A stretch of DNA of 32,243 bases from a virus. Its lineage: Duplodnaviria > Caudoviricetes. Shown here one piece after another: positions 8,459 to 18,317 of this stretch. The notes under the pieces were generated by a model, which had not been told where the DNA came from, searched no databases, and saw only the letters and a program-made list of their open reading frames with translations. Numbering within the stretch: position 1 is the first letter of the stretch; every line of letters starts with the position of its first letter. Both the position numbers and the translations under genes were made by a program. Location of the stretch: IMG/VR virus record IMGVR_UViG_3300016476_000270, positions 1 to 32,243 of that record; one strand, 5' to 3'.

Positions 8459-8986
8459 GTGATTAGACTAGAACAATATAAAGATTGGGGGATTGGCAAA
8501 ACCATTGGGATTCTCGGTGGTGGCGTTAATCTCCCTTCTGATTTAAGGAAGATGCCAGATGTCAATGTGCTGATGGGTATAAATCAGCATACTTTGATTC
8601 TAGATCTAGACTTCATTGTTTTTCTAGATAAAGAGATGGCAGAATATGTCATAGATCATCCAGCTAAGAAGATTTCTCATCATAATAATTGGGAAGGTAG
8701 ATCTGATTTTGTGCATAGCGGTATAGCACCATCTTTCGGATTTTCTGGTGCATTAGGGATCTGGATAGCTGACTATATGAACTTTGATCATGTGTATGTT
8801 TGTGGAATAGATCAGTATGAGAATCGAGAAGATGGTCGAGAATACTGGTGGCAAGCTAAGAAAAGCGAGCCTACGCATCATCATTGTTCTGGTAATAATA
8901 AAAGATGGATCGAAATTAGGGATAATCTAAAAAGACCTAATAGAATTAAGTTTATGTCAGGAAAACTGAAGGAGTTATGGAAATGA
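8459..8986 (+). CDS. Maf/MptE (DUF115)-like or GT42-like nucleotide-sugar transferase-fold protein
   Basis: ILGGGVNL, MGINQH, FIVFLD, FSGALGIWIADYMNFDHVYVCGIDQY match the IxGxGPS / SxxxxAxxxGxxxIYLxGxD pattern of this superfamily. Confidence 0.65.
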   Translation: MIRLEQYKDWGIGKTIGILGGGVNLPSDLRKMPDVNVLMGINQHTLILDLDFIVFLDKEMAEYVIDHPAKKISHHNNWEGRSDFVHSGIAPSFGFSGALGIWIADYMNFDHVYVCGIDQYENREDGREYWWQAKKSEPTHHHCSGNNKRWIEIRDNLKRPNRIKFMSGKLKELWK

Positions 8987-9204
8987 AAGTAAAGCTAACT
9001 CGTGGCATTTTGCATGAAAAAGAGCATTATGATGCTGGTCAAGTTCTAGAGCTATCTAATATTGAAGCTCAAAAATTGATGGGTATGGGCAAGGCTGTGC
9101 CTTATGTTGATGAGCCAGTAATAGAAAATCGTGCTGTAGCTCTAGAATCAAGCGAAGAACCAGTATTACAAAAACGCACTTATAAGAAGAAGGTAGCCGA
9201 ATAA
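8983..9204 (+). CDS. Small head accessory protein (gpFI-position)
   Basis: AAGGAG SD, ATGA overlap with the upstream stop; YDAGQVLELSNIEAQKLMGMGKA motif typical of small post-capsid proteins; basic tail. Confidence 0.6.
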   Translation: MKVKLTRGILHEKEHYDAGQVLELSNIEAQKLMGMGKAVPYVDEPVIENRAVALESSEEPVLQKRTYKKKVAE

Positions 9205-9506
9205 TGGCAGTCGAATCAGCAGCTGATCGAGCTATTTTATTAGCTGACTTTGGTCAATCTGCAACATTTACGCACTCTAGCACCACTACTACTATTACAG
9301 GCATATTTGATAATGATTTTGTTGAAGTAGATATGGGTGGTGGTGTAGGTGTTGTGTCTGCAGAACCTAAGTTTTTTGTAAGATCATCTGATGTATCTAC
9401 AGCTGTAGAAGATGACACCATCGTAACTGGTGGCGTAACTTATAAGATCAAAGTCGTTCAGCCAGATGGAACTGGAATGACAATCTTAGTATTGGAAAAA
9501 CAATAA
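9204..9506 (+). CDS. Head-tail joining protein, gpFII-like
   Basis: 100 aa beta-rich, ITGIFD...QPDGTGMTILVL, position after capsid. Confidence 0.75.
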   Translation: MAVESAADRAILLADFGQSATFTHSSTTTTITGIFDNDFVEVDMGGGVGVVSAEPKFFVRSSDVSTAVEDDTIVTGGVTYKIKVVQPDGTGMTILVLEKQ

Positions 9507-9949
9507 TGAGCCATGTAAGAAAACAGATCAGAGATAACATCGTTACCACTCTTACTGGTCTATCTACTACTGGTTCTAATGTGTATAGATCTAGGGTTTA
9601 CCCTTTAGCTGCTGGTAAATTATCTGGACTTTGTATTTATACAAAAAATGAATCAGTAGAGTATCAGACAATTCATAAACCTAGAGGACAGTTTAGAACT
9701 CTAGAGGTAGTAGTAGAAGGATATGCTATAGCTACAAGCAATCTAGATAATACTATTGATCAGATCAGCTTAGAAGTGGAAGAAGCATTAACTGTAGATT
9801 TAACTCGTGGTGGTCTAGCAAAAGACACGATTATTAGCTCTATAGAGATCGATTTTCAAGCTGATGGTGAAAAGCCAGTAGGTATCTGCAGAATTTCTAT
9901 CATGGTTGAATATAGAACGATGGAAAATGATGTAGAAATTGCGGTTTAG
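9506..9949 (+). CDS. Tail terminator, gpU-like
   Basis: MSHVRKQIRD...VYRSRVYPL pattern; immediately upstream of the tail tube. Confidence 0.75.
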   Translation: MSHVRKQIRDNIVTTLTGLSTTGSNVYRSRVYPLAAGKLSGLCIYTKNESVEYQTIHKPRGQFRTLEVVVEGYAIATSNLDNTIDQISLEVEEALTVDLTRGGLAKDTIISSIEIDFQADGEKPVGICRISIMVEYRTMENDVEIAV

Positions 9950-9993
9950 GTTTATTATTTAACAAGCAAAATTTTTTGTAAGGAGTATCAAAA

Positions 9994-10386
9994 ATGGCAA
10001 CTCATAAAGGTTCTGAAGGCGTAGTAAAGTTCAATACATCTAATACTGTGGCTGAAGTTCGTAGTTATTCTATCGAATCTACAGCAGACACATTAGAAGA
10101 TACGACTATGGGCGATTCAGCTCGCACATTCTTGCCTTCTCTAACAAGCTGGTCAGGTTCTTTAGATTGTTTGTGGGATGAAACAGACACAAGCGGTCAG
10201 ATGGCTGCTGATGCTGGTGCATCTATCACTATTACAGTATTCCCAGAGGGTGCTGCTACTGGTGCGATGCGTTATAGCGGATCTGCAATCATTACAGGTA
10301 AATCTATTACTGGTTCTTATGATGGTCTTGTGGAAGCTACTATCACTTTCCAAGGCACAGGTGCTCTAACTGAAGCTACTGCCTAA
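9994..10386 (+). CDS. Major tail tube protein
   Basis: Strong AAGGAG SD; DTTMGD...LTSWSGS...ITFQGTGAL motifs of TP901-1/lambda-type tubes. Confidence 0.85.
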   Translation: MATHKGSEGVVKFNTSNTVAEVRSYSIESTADTLEDTTMGDSARTFLPSLTSWSGSLDCLWDETDTSGQMAADAGASITITVFPEGAATGAMRYSGSAIITGKSITGSYDGLVEATITFQGTGALTEATA

Positions 10387-10388
10387 TC

Positions 10389-10730
10389 ATGGGTATCGGT
10401 GAAAGAATCGCTGCGAAGCGATCAGCTGAAAGAAGATTATTAGAAGTAGCTGAATGGGGTGAGGATGAGCCACTTCAGCTATTTATTAGTGCACTTACTT
10501 GTCACGATGTAGATAAGATCCAGCGTAAGCATAAGGATTTTCTTACAAATATGTCAGTAGGTGCGATGGTAGATCTAATTATTCAGAAGGCTGAAGATAA
10601 GGCTGGCGAGAAGGTTTTCACATTAGAAGATAGACCTTTTTTAATGCGTGAACCAGTTACTCTTATCAGTCGTATCGCTGGCGAAATGTTTGCTACTGTC
10701 ATTCCCATAGGTGAACAGGGAAACGATTAA
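10389..10730 (+). CDS. Tail assembly chaperone (gpG equivalent)
   Basis: Between tube and tape measure; ends with the slippery G-GGA-AAC two codons before the stop. Confidence 0.85.
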   Translation: MGIGERIAAKRSAERRLLEVAEWGEDEPLQLFISALTCHDVDKIQRKHKDFLTNMSVGAMVDLIIQKAEDKAGEKVFTLEDRPFLMREPVTLISRIAGEMFATVIPIGEQGND

Positions 10731-10882
10731 GGGGTGATAACTTTCGCATGAATGTTATTGCCCTAGCAGACAGACTAGGGAAAACCATTGAAGAAATTGA
10801 GCAGATCTCAGTTTCCGAAATGAATGAATGGTTAGCTTATTTTGAAATATGCGATGAAAGAGCTAAGAAAAAAGGGCGTTAA
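10718..10882 (+). CDS. Tail chaperone gpT segment reached by -1 frameshift (not in ORF track)
   Basis: -1 frame open from GGGAAAC to TAA 10880-10882: KRLRGDNFRMNVIALADRLGKTIEEIEQISVSEMNEWLAYFEICDERAKKKGR; abuts the tape measure ATG. Confidence 0.85.
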   Translation, partial: GKRLRGDNFRMNVIALADRLGKTIEEIEQISVSEMNEWLAYFEICDERAKKKGR

Positions 10883-12631
10883 ATGGCTGATCAAAATGTA
10901 AAAATTGCTATATCTGCCATAGATGAAACTAAGGCAGCCTTTAATTCGATCAATAAAAGCCTAGGCACTCTTAGAACTTCTTTTCAAGCTCTTAATGTCA
11001 TCGCAGCTGCAACTGTATTCGCTGGGTTTATTAAAGCCCAGATCGATGCACAGGATGAGCTATTCAAGATGTCGCAAAAAGTCGGCATAGCTACTGATGA
11101 ATTATCTAAGCTCAAATATGCAGCTAAATTAGCTGATGTCGATGCTGCTCAACTTCAGACAGGCTTAGTCAAGCTATCTAAAGGCATGGGTGAAGCAGCT
11201 CGTGGAACTGGCGAAGCCTACAATGCTTTTACTGCGATGGGTATTTCTGTAAAGAATACTGATGGCACTCTAAAGAGCAATTCTCAATTATTGGGTGAAG
11301 TAGCTGATAAATTTGCTGGATACGAAGATGGTGCATCTAAAACAGCTCTAGCTGTGGCTATTTTTGGTCGTTCTGGTGCTGATCTTATTCCGCTATTAAA
11401 TGCTGGTCGTGAAGGCTTAAAAGATGCTGGTGATGAGTTAGGCAGATTTGGTGGCGTAGTTATGCCAGAAGCTGCAAAACAAGCAGAGATCTTTAACGAC
11501 AATATTACAAAGTTATCCACAGTCGTAGGTGGTGCTGGTAAAGCGATCACGAATGAATTGCTTACTCCTATAAATCGTGTGATCGGTCTATTATTTGCGA
11601 TCAATAAGGTAGCAGCTGAGAAGGGAATGTCATTCTGGGATTTCTTAAAGCCACCTACAAAAGAAACAGCTGGTGCGTTTTTAGAAATTGAAGCCTTATA
11701 TAAAAAATATCAAGGCATCACAGAAGAAACATCTAAGACAGTTACTAAAGCACCAGTTTTAGTAGATCAGAAAAAGATCGATGCTGGTCGTGAAGCTCTC
11801 AAAAAATTAGTAGATACCACTCAACAAAATCTAGACAAGCAGACTAGACAGGCACAAGTAGCGATGGCTACTATTGGTATGACTGATGAGCAGAAGGCAG
11901 CTGTAGAGAGATTAGTGCAGATTTACGATACTCAGATCGAAAAAGAAGCTGAGATCAATCGTATGCTAGATGAAGGTAAGATCAGTAAAGCTGATGCTGC
12001 ACAAGGTCTAAAAGATATTGCAGCTGCATCTGATGAAGCTAGACAGGCTGCTGAAGAACTTTTAATTAAGCAAGAGCAACTAAATGGATCATGGGAATAT
12101 GGTGCACAGGTCGCATTGAAGAACTATGCACAAGAAGCATCTAATGTGAATAAAGCTGCACAGACAGTAGTCACCAATGGTCTAAAGAGCATGGAAGATG
12201 CCTTAGTAGGCATTATGATGCGGACTAATTCTGTATCTGAAGCATTTAGATCTATGGCTAATAGCATTATTGCTGATATAGCTCGTATGGCTATTCGTCA
12301 GATGATTACTGCACCTATAGCACAGGCTCTAGGATTAGGCTTATCTGGTGCTCGTGCATCTGGTGGCACAGTCACAGGCGGTAATGCTTACATGGTAGGC
12401 GAACAAGGTGCAGAGGTATTTGTGCCTAATAAAACTGGAACGATTGTGCCTAATGATCAAATAGGTGGATCTGGAACTACTGTAAATCAGACAATCAATA
12501 TCTCTACTGGCGTAGCTCAGACAGTAAGAACTGAAATTCAGTCTATGATGCCTAGGATCATGGATGCGACTAAAGCAGCTGTAGCTGATGCGAAGCGTAG
12601 AGGTGGAACTTTTGGAAAGATGATGGCATAA
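10883..12631 (+). CDS. Tape measure protein
   Basis: Ala-rich helical, IAISAIDETK start, IFGRSGADLIPLL, lambda-type C-terminus RASGG...YMVGEQGAEVFVP. Confidence 0.93.
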   Translation: MADQNVKIAISAIDETKAAFNSINKSLGTLRTSFQALNVIAAATVFAGFIKAQIDAQDELFKMSQKVGIATDELSKLKYAAKLADVDAAQLQTGLVKLSKGMGEAARGTGEAYNAFTAMGISVKNTDGTLKSNSQLLGEVADKFAGYEDGASKTALAVAIFGRSGADLIPLLNAGREGLKDAGDELGRFGGVVMPEAAKQAEIFNDNITKLSTVVGGAGKAITNELLTPINRVIGLLFAINKVAAEKGMSFWDFLKPPTKETAGAFLEIEALYKKYQGITEETSKTVTKAPVLVDQKKIDAGREALKKLVDTTQQNLDKQTRQAQVAMATIGMTDEQKAAVERLVQIYDTQIEKEAEINRMLDEGKISKADAAQGLKDIAAASDEARQAAEELLIKQEQLNGSWEYGAQVALKNYAQEASNVNKAAQTVVTNGLKSMEDALVGIMMRTNSVSEAFRSMANSIIADIARMAIRQMITAPIAQALGLGLSGARASGGTVTGGNAYMVGEQGAEVFVPNKTGTIVPNDQIGGSGTTVNQTINISTGVAQTVRTEIQSMMPRIMDATKAAVADAKRRGGTFGKMMA

Positions 12632-12632
12632 G

Positions 12633-13250
12633 ATGAGTATCAGCTACCCTTTATCACTACCTTCTACAGACATAGCTAAAATTAAGTTAGTGGCTAATAA
12701 CATTGTAGGGATTTCTCAGTCACCATTTACAGCTGCACAGCAAGTCTATAAATATTCTGGTCAATATTGGGAAGCTGACATTAGTCTGCCACCTATGAAG
12801 CGTGAAGTCGCAGAATATTGGATTAGTTTCCTACTTAAATTAAATGGCTCTTATGGCACATTCCTATTAGGTGATCCGATTGGTGCTACAGCTCGTGGCG
12901 TAGCTACTGGCACTCCATTAGTAAAAGGTGCATCTCAGAGTGGTAATACTTTGGAAACTGATGGCTGGACTACTAGCGTAACTGGCATTTTGAAAGCTGG
13001 TGATTACATTCAATTAGGATCAGGATCTACAGCTAAATTGCATAAAGTTCTAGATGATGTGAATAGCGATAGTTCTGGTAATGCCACTTTGACTATTTTC
13101 CCAGATCTAAGAACTAGCCCAGCGGATAATGCTGCAATAGTCGTATCTGCACCTAAAGGCGTATTTCGTCTTACTTCTGGGCAGACTATGTGGGATATTA
13201 ACGAAGCCAGCGTTTATGGCATCACTTTTGGTGCTAGGGAAGCTCTCTAA
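12633..13250 (+). CDS. Distal tail protein (Dit-like)
   Basis: Directly after the tape measure; SPFT...WEADISLPPM...FLLKLNG pattern with inserted beta domain. Confidence 0.7.
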   Translation: MSISYPLSLPSTDIAKIKLVANNIVGISQSPFTAAQQVYKYSGQYWEADISLPPMKREVAEYWISFLLKLNGSYGTFLLGDPIGATARGVATGTPLVKGASQSGNTLETDGWTTSVTGILKAGDYIQLGSGSTAKLHKVLDDVNSDSSGNATLTIFPDLRTSPADNAAIVVSAPKGVFRLTSGQTMWDINEASVYGITFGAREAL

Positions 13251-13807
13251 TGTCTAGATCTCTGCCAGCTGCACTATCTACAGAGCTAAATGCCACAGAA
13301 TTAAAGCCTTTTTATGCTATCGAGCTAGGTTTTGATTCTGACACGATTAGATTCTGGACAGGCTATGGAAATATCACAGCCAATAGTGAAGAATGGGTAG
13401 GATCTGGCACAGTTTTATCTATCTCTACATCTAGTGAAACCACAGATCTAGCTGCAAATGGTATCAATATCACTCTATCTGGACTAGATACTAGCCTAGT
13501 AGCTTTAGCACTTTTAGAGAATTATCGTGGCAGACCAGCAAAACTATATATAGGTGCTCTAGATTCTACGAATCAGCCAGTAAGCGATTTATATCAGGTA
13601 TTCGCTGGTCGTATGGATATTATGACGATACAAGAAGATGGATCTACAGCCACTATCTCTATCAGCGTAGAAAATGTGCTTATCGATTTGGAAAGACCAA
13701 GAGCTAGAAAATATACTAATGAAGAACAACTAGCACGATACTCTGGTGATAATAGCCTAGAAAATGTGGCTAAATTGGCAGACAAACAGATCTCTTGGGG
13801 TAAGTAA
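13250..13807 (+). CDS. Tail hub/minor tail protein (gpL/DUF2163-like)
   Basis: RFWTGYG, ITLSGLD, FAGRMD, ISWGK; position between Dit and tail tip. Confidence 0.65.
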   Translation: MSRSLPAALSTELNATELKPFYAIELGFDSDTIRFWTGYGNITANSEEWVGSGTVLSISTSSETTDLAANGINITLSGLDTSLVALALLENYRGRPAKLYIGALDSTNQPVSDLYQVFAGRMDIMTIQEDGSTATISISVENVLIDLERPRARKYTNEEQLARYSGDNSLENVAKLADKQISWGK

Positions 13808-16686
13808 TGGGTTTATTTAAGAGCATTTTTAAAGTAGCGGCAGTAGCAGCTGTAGTGGCGGCAGCTGTCTATACTGGTGGTGCATCTTTAGGTTTTACAG
13901 TCAGCACTATGTCTGTGACTGCTTATGCAGCTACAGCAGCTGCGATCACAGCTGGCACAGCTCTTGTATCTACTTTACTTAGCCCTAGCCAGAAAACTCC
14001 AGATCTAGGGGAAACCCTAAGAGGTCAGCTGATCTCTACTAGATCACCAGATGCCGATGGTCGTATCGTTTATGGTGAAACTCGTATCGGTGGCACGATT
14101 GTTTTTATGGAATCTTCTGGTGCTAAGAACGAAACTATGCACATGGCTATCGCATTAGCTACGAATAAGATCAATTCTATTCAGACAGTCTATGCGAATG
14201 ATGAAGCTCTATCTCTAACTTTGTCTGGTAATGCCTATACTTGCACATATAAGGGTAGTGCTACAGCTCTTAGCTTTAATTGGCTTTTAGGATCACCTAC
14301 ACAATCAGCATTACCATTTTTTGCTGGCACTACAGCTGCTAACTATCAATATCGTGGCATCGCTATTCTTGCTGCTAAATTGATTTATAACGCTGATGTA
14401 TTTCCACAAGGTATGCCAAACTTCACAGCTAAAGTGCGTGGTGCAGAAGTATTCGATCCTAGAGATAGCACTACAGCCTATTCTAATAACGCTGCTCTAT
14501 GTATTCGTGATTATTTGACTAATACTGAGTATGGTTTAGGTGCTACATCTGCTGAGATCGATGATGATTCATTTAGTGATGCTGCCGATATTTGTGATGA
14601 AACTATTACTTTAAAATCAGGCACAGAAAAACGCTATACGATCAATGGCTCATTTTTAACTTCTGAGCAGCCTAAGAATGTCATCTCTAAAATGCTTACT
14701 GCTTGCGGTGGCACTTTAACCTATGTAGGTGGTAAGTGGACATTAAGAGTAGCTGCCTATAGAACGCCTACTATCACGATTACTGAAGATGAGATCGTAG
14801 ATGCTGTAACTATGCAAGCATCACAAAGTCGTAGAGATATTTTCAATGCTGTAAAAGGCACATATTCAGAGCCAGCTACTCTTTATCAGCCTAATTCATT
14901 CCCAGCTGTAACTAATGCTACTTATGCTGCTGAAGATGGTGAAACTATCTGGCGTGATACAGATTTTCCATTTACGACATCATCTGCAACTTGTGAACGA
15001 TTAGCCAAGATCGAGCTAGAGAAGGCTAGACAGCAGATCAGCGTTAATTTGTCATGCAATATGAAGGCTTTTGCACTTCAACCTAGCGACACAGTTTATC
15101 TAGATTTCGCGAGATATGGATGGTCTAGCAAGGTTTTCGAGGTATTAAGCTGGGAATTTGATGTCAGCAGAGAAACTCCAGTAGTCAATTTAGCTCTGAG
15201 AGAAACTGCATCAGGTATCTATGATTGGGCTAATGGATCAGAAACTACTGTAGATTTTGCACCAGACACGAATTTACCTGATCCATTCACAGTCAATCCA
15301 TGCGGTATCGCTATTACAGATGAATTAGATGTCAATGCTGAAGCTGTGATCACTAAGCTGGTAGTAGATGTAACTGGTGAAAATACATTCCAGAATCGCT
15401 ATGAAGTGCAAGCTCGATTAAGCGGTGCAGCCGATTGGATCAACTTAGGACAAGCTACTGGCAATAGATTCGAACTCTACAATGTGCTCGATGGCTATAC
15501 ATACGAAGTTAGAGCAAAATCAGTCAATAGCTTAAATGTAAGCTCTGCGTGGACTGAGGGATCTCATCAAGTAGTCGGTAAGATCGCACCACCAGCTGAT
15601 GTAGAAGGTTTTTCTATCAATATCGTAGGTGCACAGGCTTATCTGACATGGACACCAGTAGCTGATCTAGATTTATCACATTATCGTATTCGTCATGCTA
15701 GGGAAACCACAGCTGCGACTTATTCTAATGCCATAGATCTAGTAGAAAAAGTGCCTAGACCAGCGAACTTCGCTGTAGCACCAGCTATGACAGGCACTTA
15801 CTTTATTAAGGCTATCGATAAATTAGGTAATGAATCTCTAGTTCCAGCTGAGATCGTAGCAATTATTGAAGATATTAAAGGTCTAAATGTAGTGGAAACT
15901 GTCACAGAAGATCCTACATTCTCAGGATCTATGACAGAAGTTCACCTAAATGATGAAGGCTTGCTAGTTTTAGATACTTCTATCGATTTCGATGCTGCTA
16001 CAGGTGATTTTGACGATAGAGATGGTGATTTCGATGGTGGCGGTGGATACACTTCTACAGAGGGCACTTACTATCTATCATGTGGCGGTCTAGGATATGT
16101 AGATCTAGGCAGTTCTTATACAAGTCGAATTACATCTAATATCAAAGTAGGTCGTGTAGATTATGTAAATCTATTCGATGATAGAACTGGTTTATTTGAT
16201 TCAGCTACAGGTTTATTTGATGGTGATCCTAATACCTATGGTGATACGAATGTAGCGTTCTACATCTCTACGACTGATGATGATCCAGCTGGAACTCCTA
16301 CATGGTCTGATTATCGTAGATTCTATGTAGGTGATTACAAGGCTAGAGCACTTAGATTTAAGATCGTTTTAACTTCTGCTAGTAGTGAATCTAGCCCTTC
16401 TGTATCTGAATTATCTATTTCTATTGATATGCCAGATCGAGTAAGTTCTGGAAACGATATAGCTTCTGGCACATCTGCTGGTGGATATTCAGTCACATTT
16501 ACGCCAGCTTACAAAGTTACGCCAGCTCTGGGAATTGCAGCTCAGAACTTGGCTCAAGGAGATTACTACGAAATTACCACTAAATCAGCATCTGGTTTTA
16601 CAATTAGATTCAAGAATTCTAGTGGAACTGTAGTAAATAGAACATTCGATTATGTAGCTAAAGGCTACGGGGAACTAGCAGCTTAA
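13807..16686 (+). CDS. Central tail tip/host specificity protein (gpJ-like, FN3 domains)
   Basis: IVYGETRIGG, NAALCIRDYL, RYTING, FN3-like YEVRAKSVN and YFIKAIDKLGNES; C-terminal FDYVAKGYG. Confidence 0.88.
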   Translation: MGLFKSIFKVAAVAAVVAAAVYTGGASLGFTVSTMSVTAYAATAAAITAGTALVSTLLSPSQKTPDLGETLRGQLISTRSPDADGRIVYGETRIGGTIVFMESSGAKNETMHMAIALATNKINSIQTVYANDEALSLTLSGNAYTCTYKGSATALSFNWLLGSPTQSALPFFAGTTAANYQYRGIAILAAKLIYNADVFPQGMPNFTAKVRGAEVFDPRDSTTAYSNNAALCIRDYLTNTEYGLGATSAEIDDDSFSDAADICDETITLKSGTEKRYTINGSFLTSEQPKNVISKMLTACGGTLTYVGGKWTLRVAAYRTPTITITEDEIVDAVTMQASQSRRDIFNAVKGTYSEPATLYQPNSFPAVTNATYAAEDGETIWRDTDFPFTTSSATCERLAKIELEKARQQISVNLSCNMKAFALQPSDTVYLDFARYGWSSKVFEVLSWEFDVSRETPVVNLALRETASGIYDWANGSETTVDFAPDTNLPDPFTVNPCGIAITDELDVNAEAVITKLVVDVTGENTFQNRYEVQARLSGAADWINLGQATGNRFELYNVLDGYTYEVRAKSVNSLNVSSAWTEGSHQVVGKIAPPADVEGFSINIVGAQAYLTWTPVADLDLSHYRIRHARETTAATYSNAIDLVEKVPRPANFAVAPAMTGTYFIKAIDKLGNESLVPAEIVAIIEDIKGLNVVETVTEDPTFSGSMTEVHLNDEGLLVLDTSIDFDAATGDFDDRDGDFDGGGGYTSTEGTYYLSCGGLGYVDLGSSYTSRITSNIKVGRVDYVNLFDDRTGLFDSATGLFDGDPNTYGDTNVAFYISTTDDDPAGTPTWSDYRRFYVGDYKARALRFKIVLTSASSESSPSVSELSISIDMPDRVSSGNDIASGTSAGGYSVTFTPAYKVTPALGIAAQNLAQGDYYEITTKSASGFTIRFKNSSGTVVNRTFDYVAKGYGELAA

Positions 16687-16697
16687 AGGGGAAATAA

Positions 16698-17759
16698 ATG
16701 TCACAGCATGATCTATCAATAGCGAACCAAGGTTTTCCAGCCTTCCGTTCTGATCTTAATGATGCCTTACAAGCATTAGGAAGTTTAAATTCTGGTGCTA
16801 CTGCACCATCTACTACATTCGCAAATATGTTGTGGTATGACACAGCTAATAATCTTTTAAAGATGCGTAATGAAGATAATGATGCGTGGGTAACATTATT
16901 TGAGATCAATCAGACTACAGATGTCGCTGATATTGTAAGACTTGCTGCATCACAAACATTAACTAATAAAACTCTAACTACTCCAGTAATCAATGGTTTT
17001 ACTGGTGATACATCAGTAGTTAATATTGGTAGCGGTCAGCTTTATAAAGATACATCAGGAAATTTAGGTGTTAATACTTCAAGCCCTAGCATTGGAAGCG
17101 GATTTACTGCTCATAAAGTAAAAGGCACAGGTGCTGGTGGTGTAGGTTCTATTATTGCAGAATCTACTGATGGTGCTTCATGGGTAGAGCTTTATTCAGG
17201 TGCAAGCACTTCAGATAATCCTTCTATTATTTTCCCTACAGGTAAAAAAGTTAGATTTGGTGAAGGTTCTCAAAATACAGGAACTTATACAGATAGATTT
17301 GAAGTGGATGCTAATACTTTATCTTTAGTAGGGTTAAAAGGCGTTAAATTTCAAGCTACACAATCAGCTTCATCAGATGCTAATACACTAGATGATTATG
17401 AAGAAGGAACTTATGCACCAACACTAACACCTAGCTCAAGTGGCTCATACACTAGTTATTTTAGAAATGAGGGTGTTTACACAAAAATTGGTAGAACAGT
17501 AAACATTTTGGCTTTTATTACAGTAGCAAGTGGTGGCTCAAGCAGTCCTGTAGGAACTACTGTGCTAATGACTTTGCCTTTTACGCCAAATCAAAATTGT
17601 GCGGCTTCAGTAACAACATTGGGAACAGGCGTTTTTACTCCTAGAGGAGCACAAGTAGTATCTACTGGGGTTCAAATGTATATAGATGCTTCAACTATTA
17701 CATGGGGTGGATTAGGTAACGACATTATGGTCAATGTAACATATACAACATCTACTTAA
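16698..17759 (+). CDS. Tail fibre / receptor-binding protein
   Basis: N-terminal anchor FRSDLNDALQAL, QTLTNKTL, GNLGVNTSSP, ANTLDDYEEGT motifs; G/S/T-rich. Confidence 0.85.
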   Translation: MSQHDLSIANQGFPAFRSDLNDALQALGSLNSGATAPSTTFANMLWYDTANNLLKMRNEDNDAWVTLFEINQTTDVADIVRLAASQTLTNKTLTTPVINGFTGDTSVVNIGSGQLYKDTSGNLGVNTSSPSIGSGFTAHKVKGTGAGGVGSIIAESTDGASWVELYSGASTSDNPSIIFPTGKKVRFGEGSQNTGTYTDRFEVDANTLSLVGLKGVKFQATQSASSDANTLDDYEEGTYAPTLTPSSSGSYTSYFRNEGVYTKIGRTVNILAFITVASGGSSSPVGTTVLMTLPFTPNQNCAASVTTLGTGVFTPRGAQVVSTGVQMYIDASTITWGGLGNDIMVNVTYTTST

Positions 17760-17779
17760 CTAGCGTGGATTCGTTAGTT
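17758..17779 (+). promoter_or_regulatory. Intergenic hairpin between fibre and fibre-associated gene
   Basis: AACTAGCG-TGGATT-CGTTAGTT (one G-U pair); short T run only. Confidence 0.45.
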
Positions 17780-17804
17780 TGGCATTTAAAAAGGAGTATT
17801 AAAA

Positions 17805-18080
17805 ATGGCATTAACAGAAACAAAAGTAATAGATAAAATTGAAGTATTAGAAACTGGCATAGTTCAAGTGCGTGAAGCTACTCGCATTGAAAGAGATGGA
17901 GTGGAAATTGCTAAGACATATCATAGATGGTCTTTTGCACCAGCTAGTGATGTATCAGCTATGCCACAAAATGTGCAAGCTGTATGTGCGACAGCATGGA
18001 CTACAGAAGTAGTAGCAGCTTATCAAGCAGAACAAGCTCGTATCGCTGCTGAAATGGCAGCTCGTCAATCAGCTGAATAA
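17805..18080 (+). CDS. Tail fibre-associated small protein (assembly/chaperone-like)
   Basis: AAGGAG SD; MALTETKVIDKIEV...VQVR...YHR...AWT; follows the fibre. Confidence 0.65.
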   Translation: MALTETKVIDKIEVLETGIVQVREATRIERDGVEIAKTYHRWSFAPASDVSAMPQNVQAVCATAWTTEVVAAYQAEQARIAAEMAARQSAE

Positions 18081-18089
18081 TGGTGATTT

Positions 18090-18317
18090 ATGAGTGCTGA
18101 GATCGATCCAGTTAAATATGGCGTTCTGTGGGAACGAGTTCAAGGCTACGAAAAAAAGTTCGAGAGCATGGAAAAAAAGATGGATAAGATGGAAAATCAG
18201 CTCGAACAATTAGTAGCTTTGGCTAATCAAGGTCGTGGCGGCTTTTGGGCTGGCATGGCTTTAGTTTCTGCGATCAGCTCAGTTATTGGATATTTCAGCC
18301 ATTGGTGGGGTAAGTAA
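18090..18317 (+). CDS. Coiled-coil protein with C-terminal TM helix (XhlA/holin-like)
   Basis: Heptad region then ANQGRGG and hydrophobic FWAGMALVSAISSVIGYF. Confidence 0.6.
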   Translation: MSAEIDPVKYGVLWERVQGYEKKFESMEKKMDKMENQLEQLVALANQGRGGFWAGMALVSAISSVIGYFSHWWGK

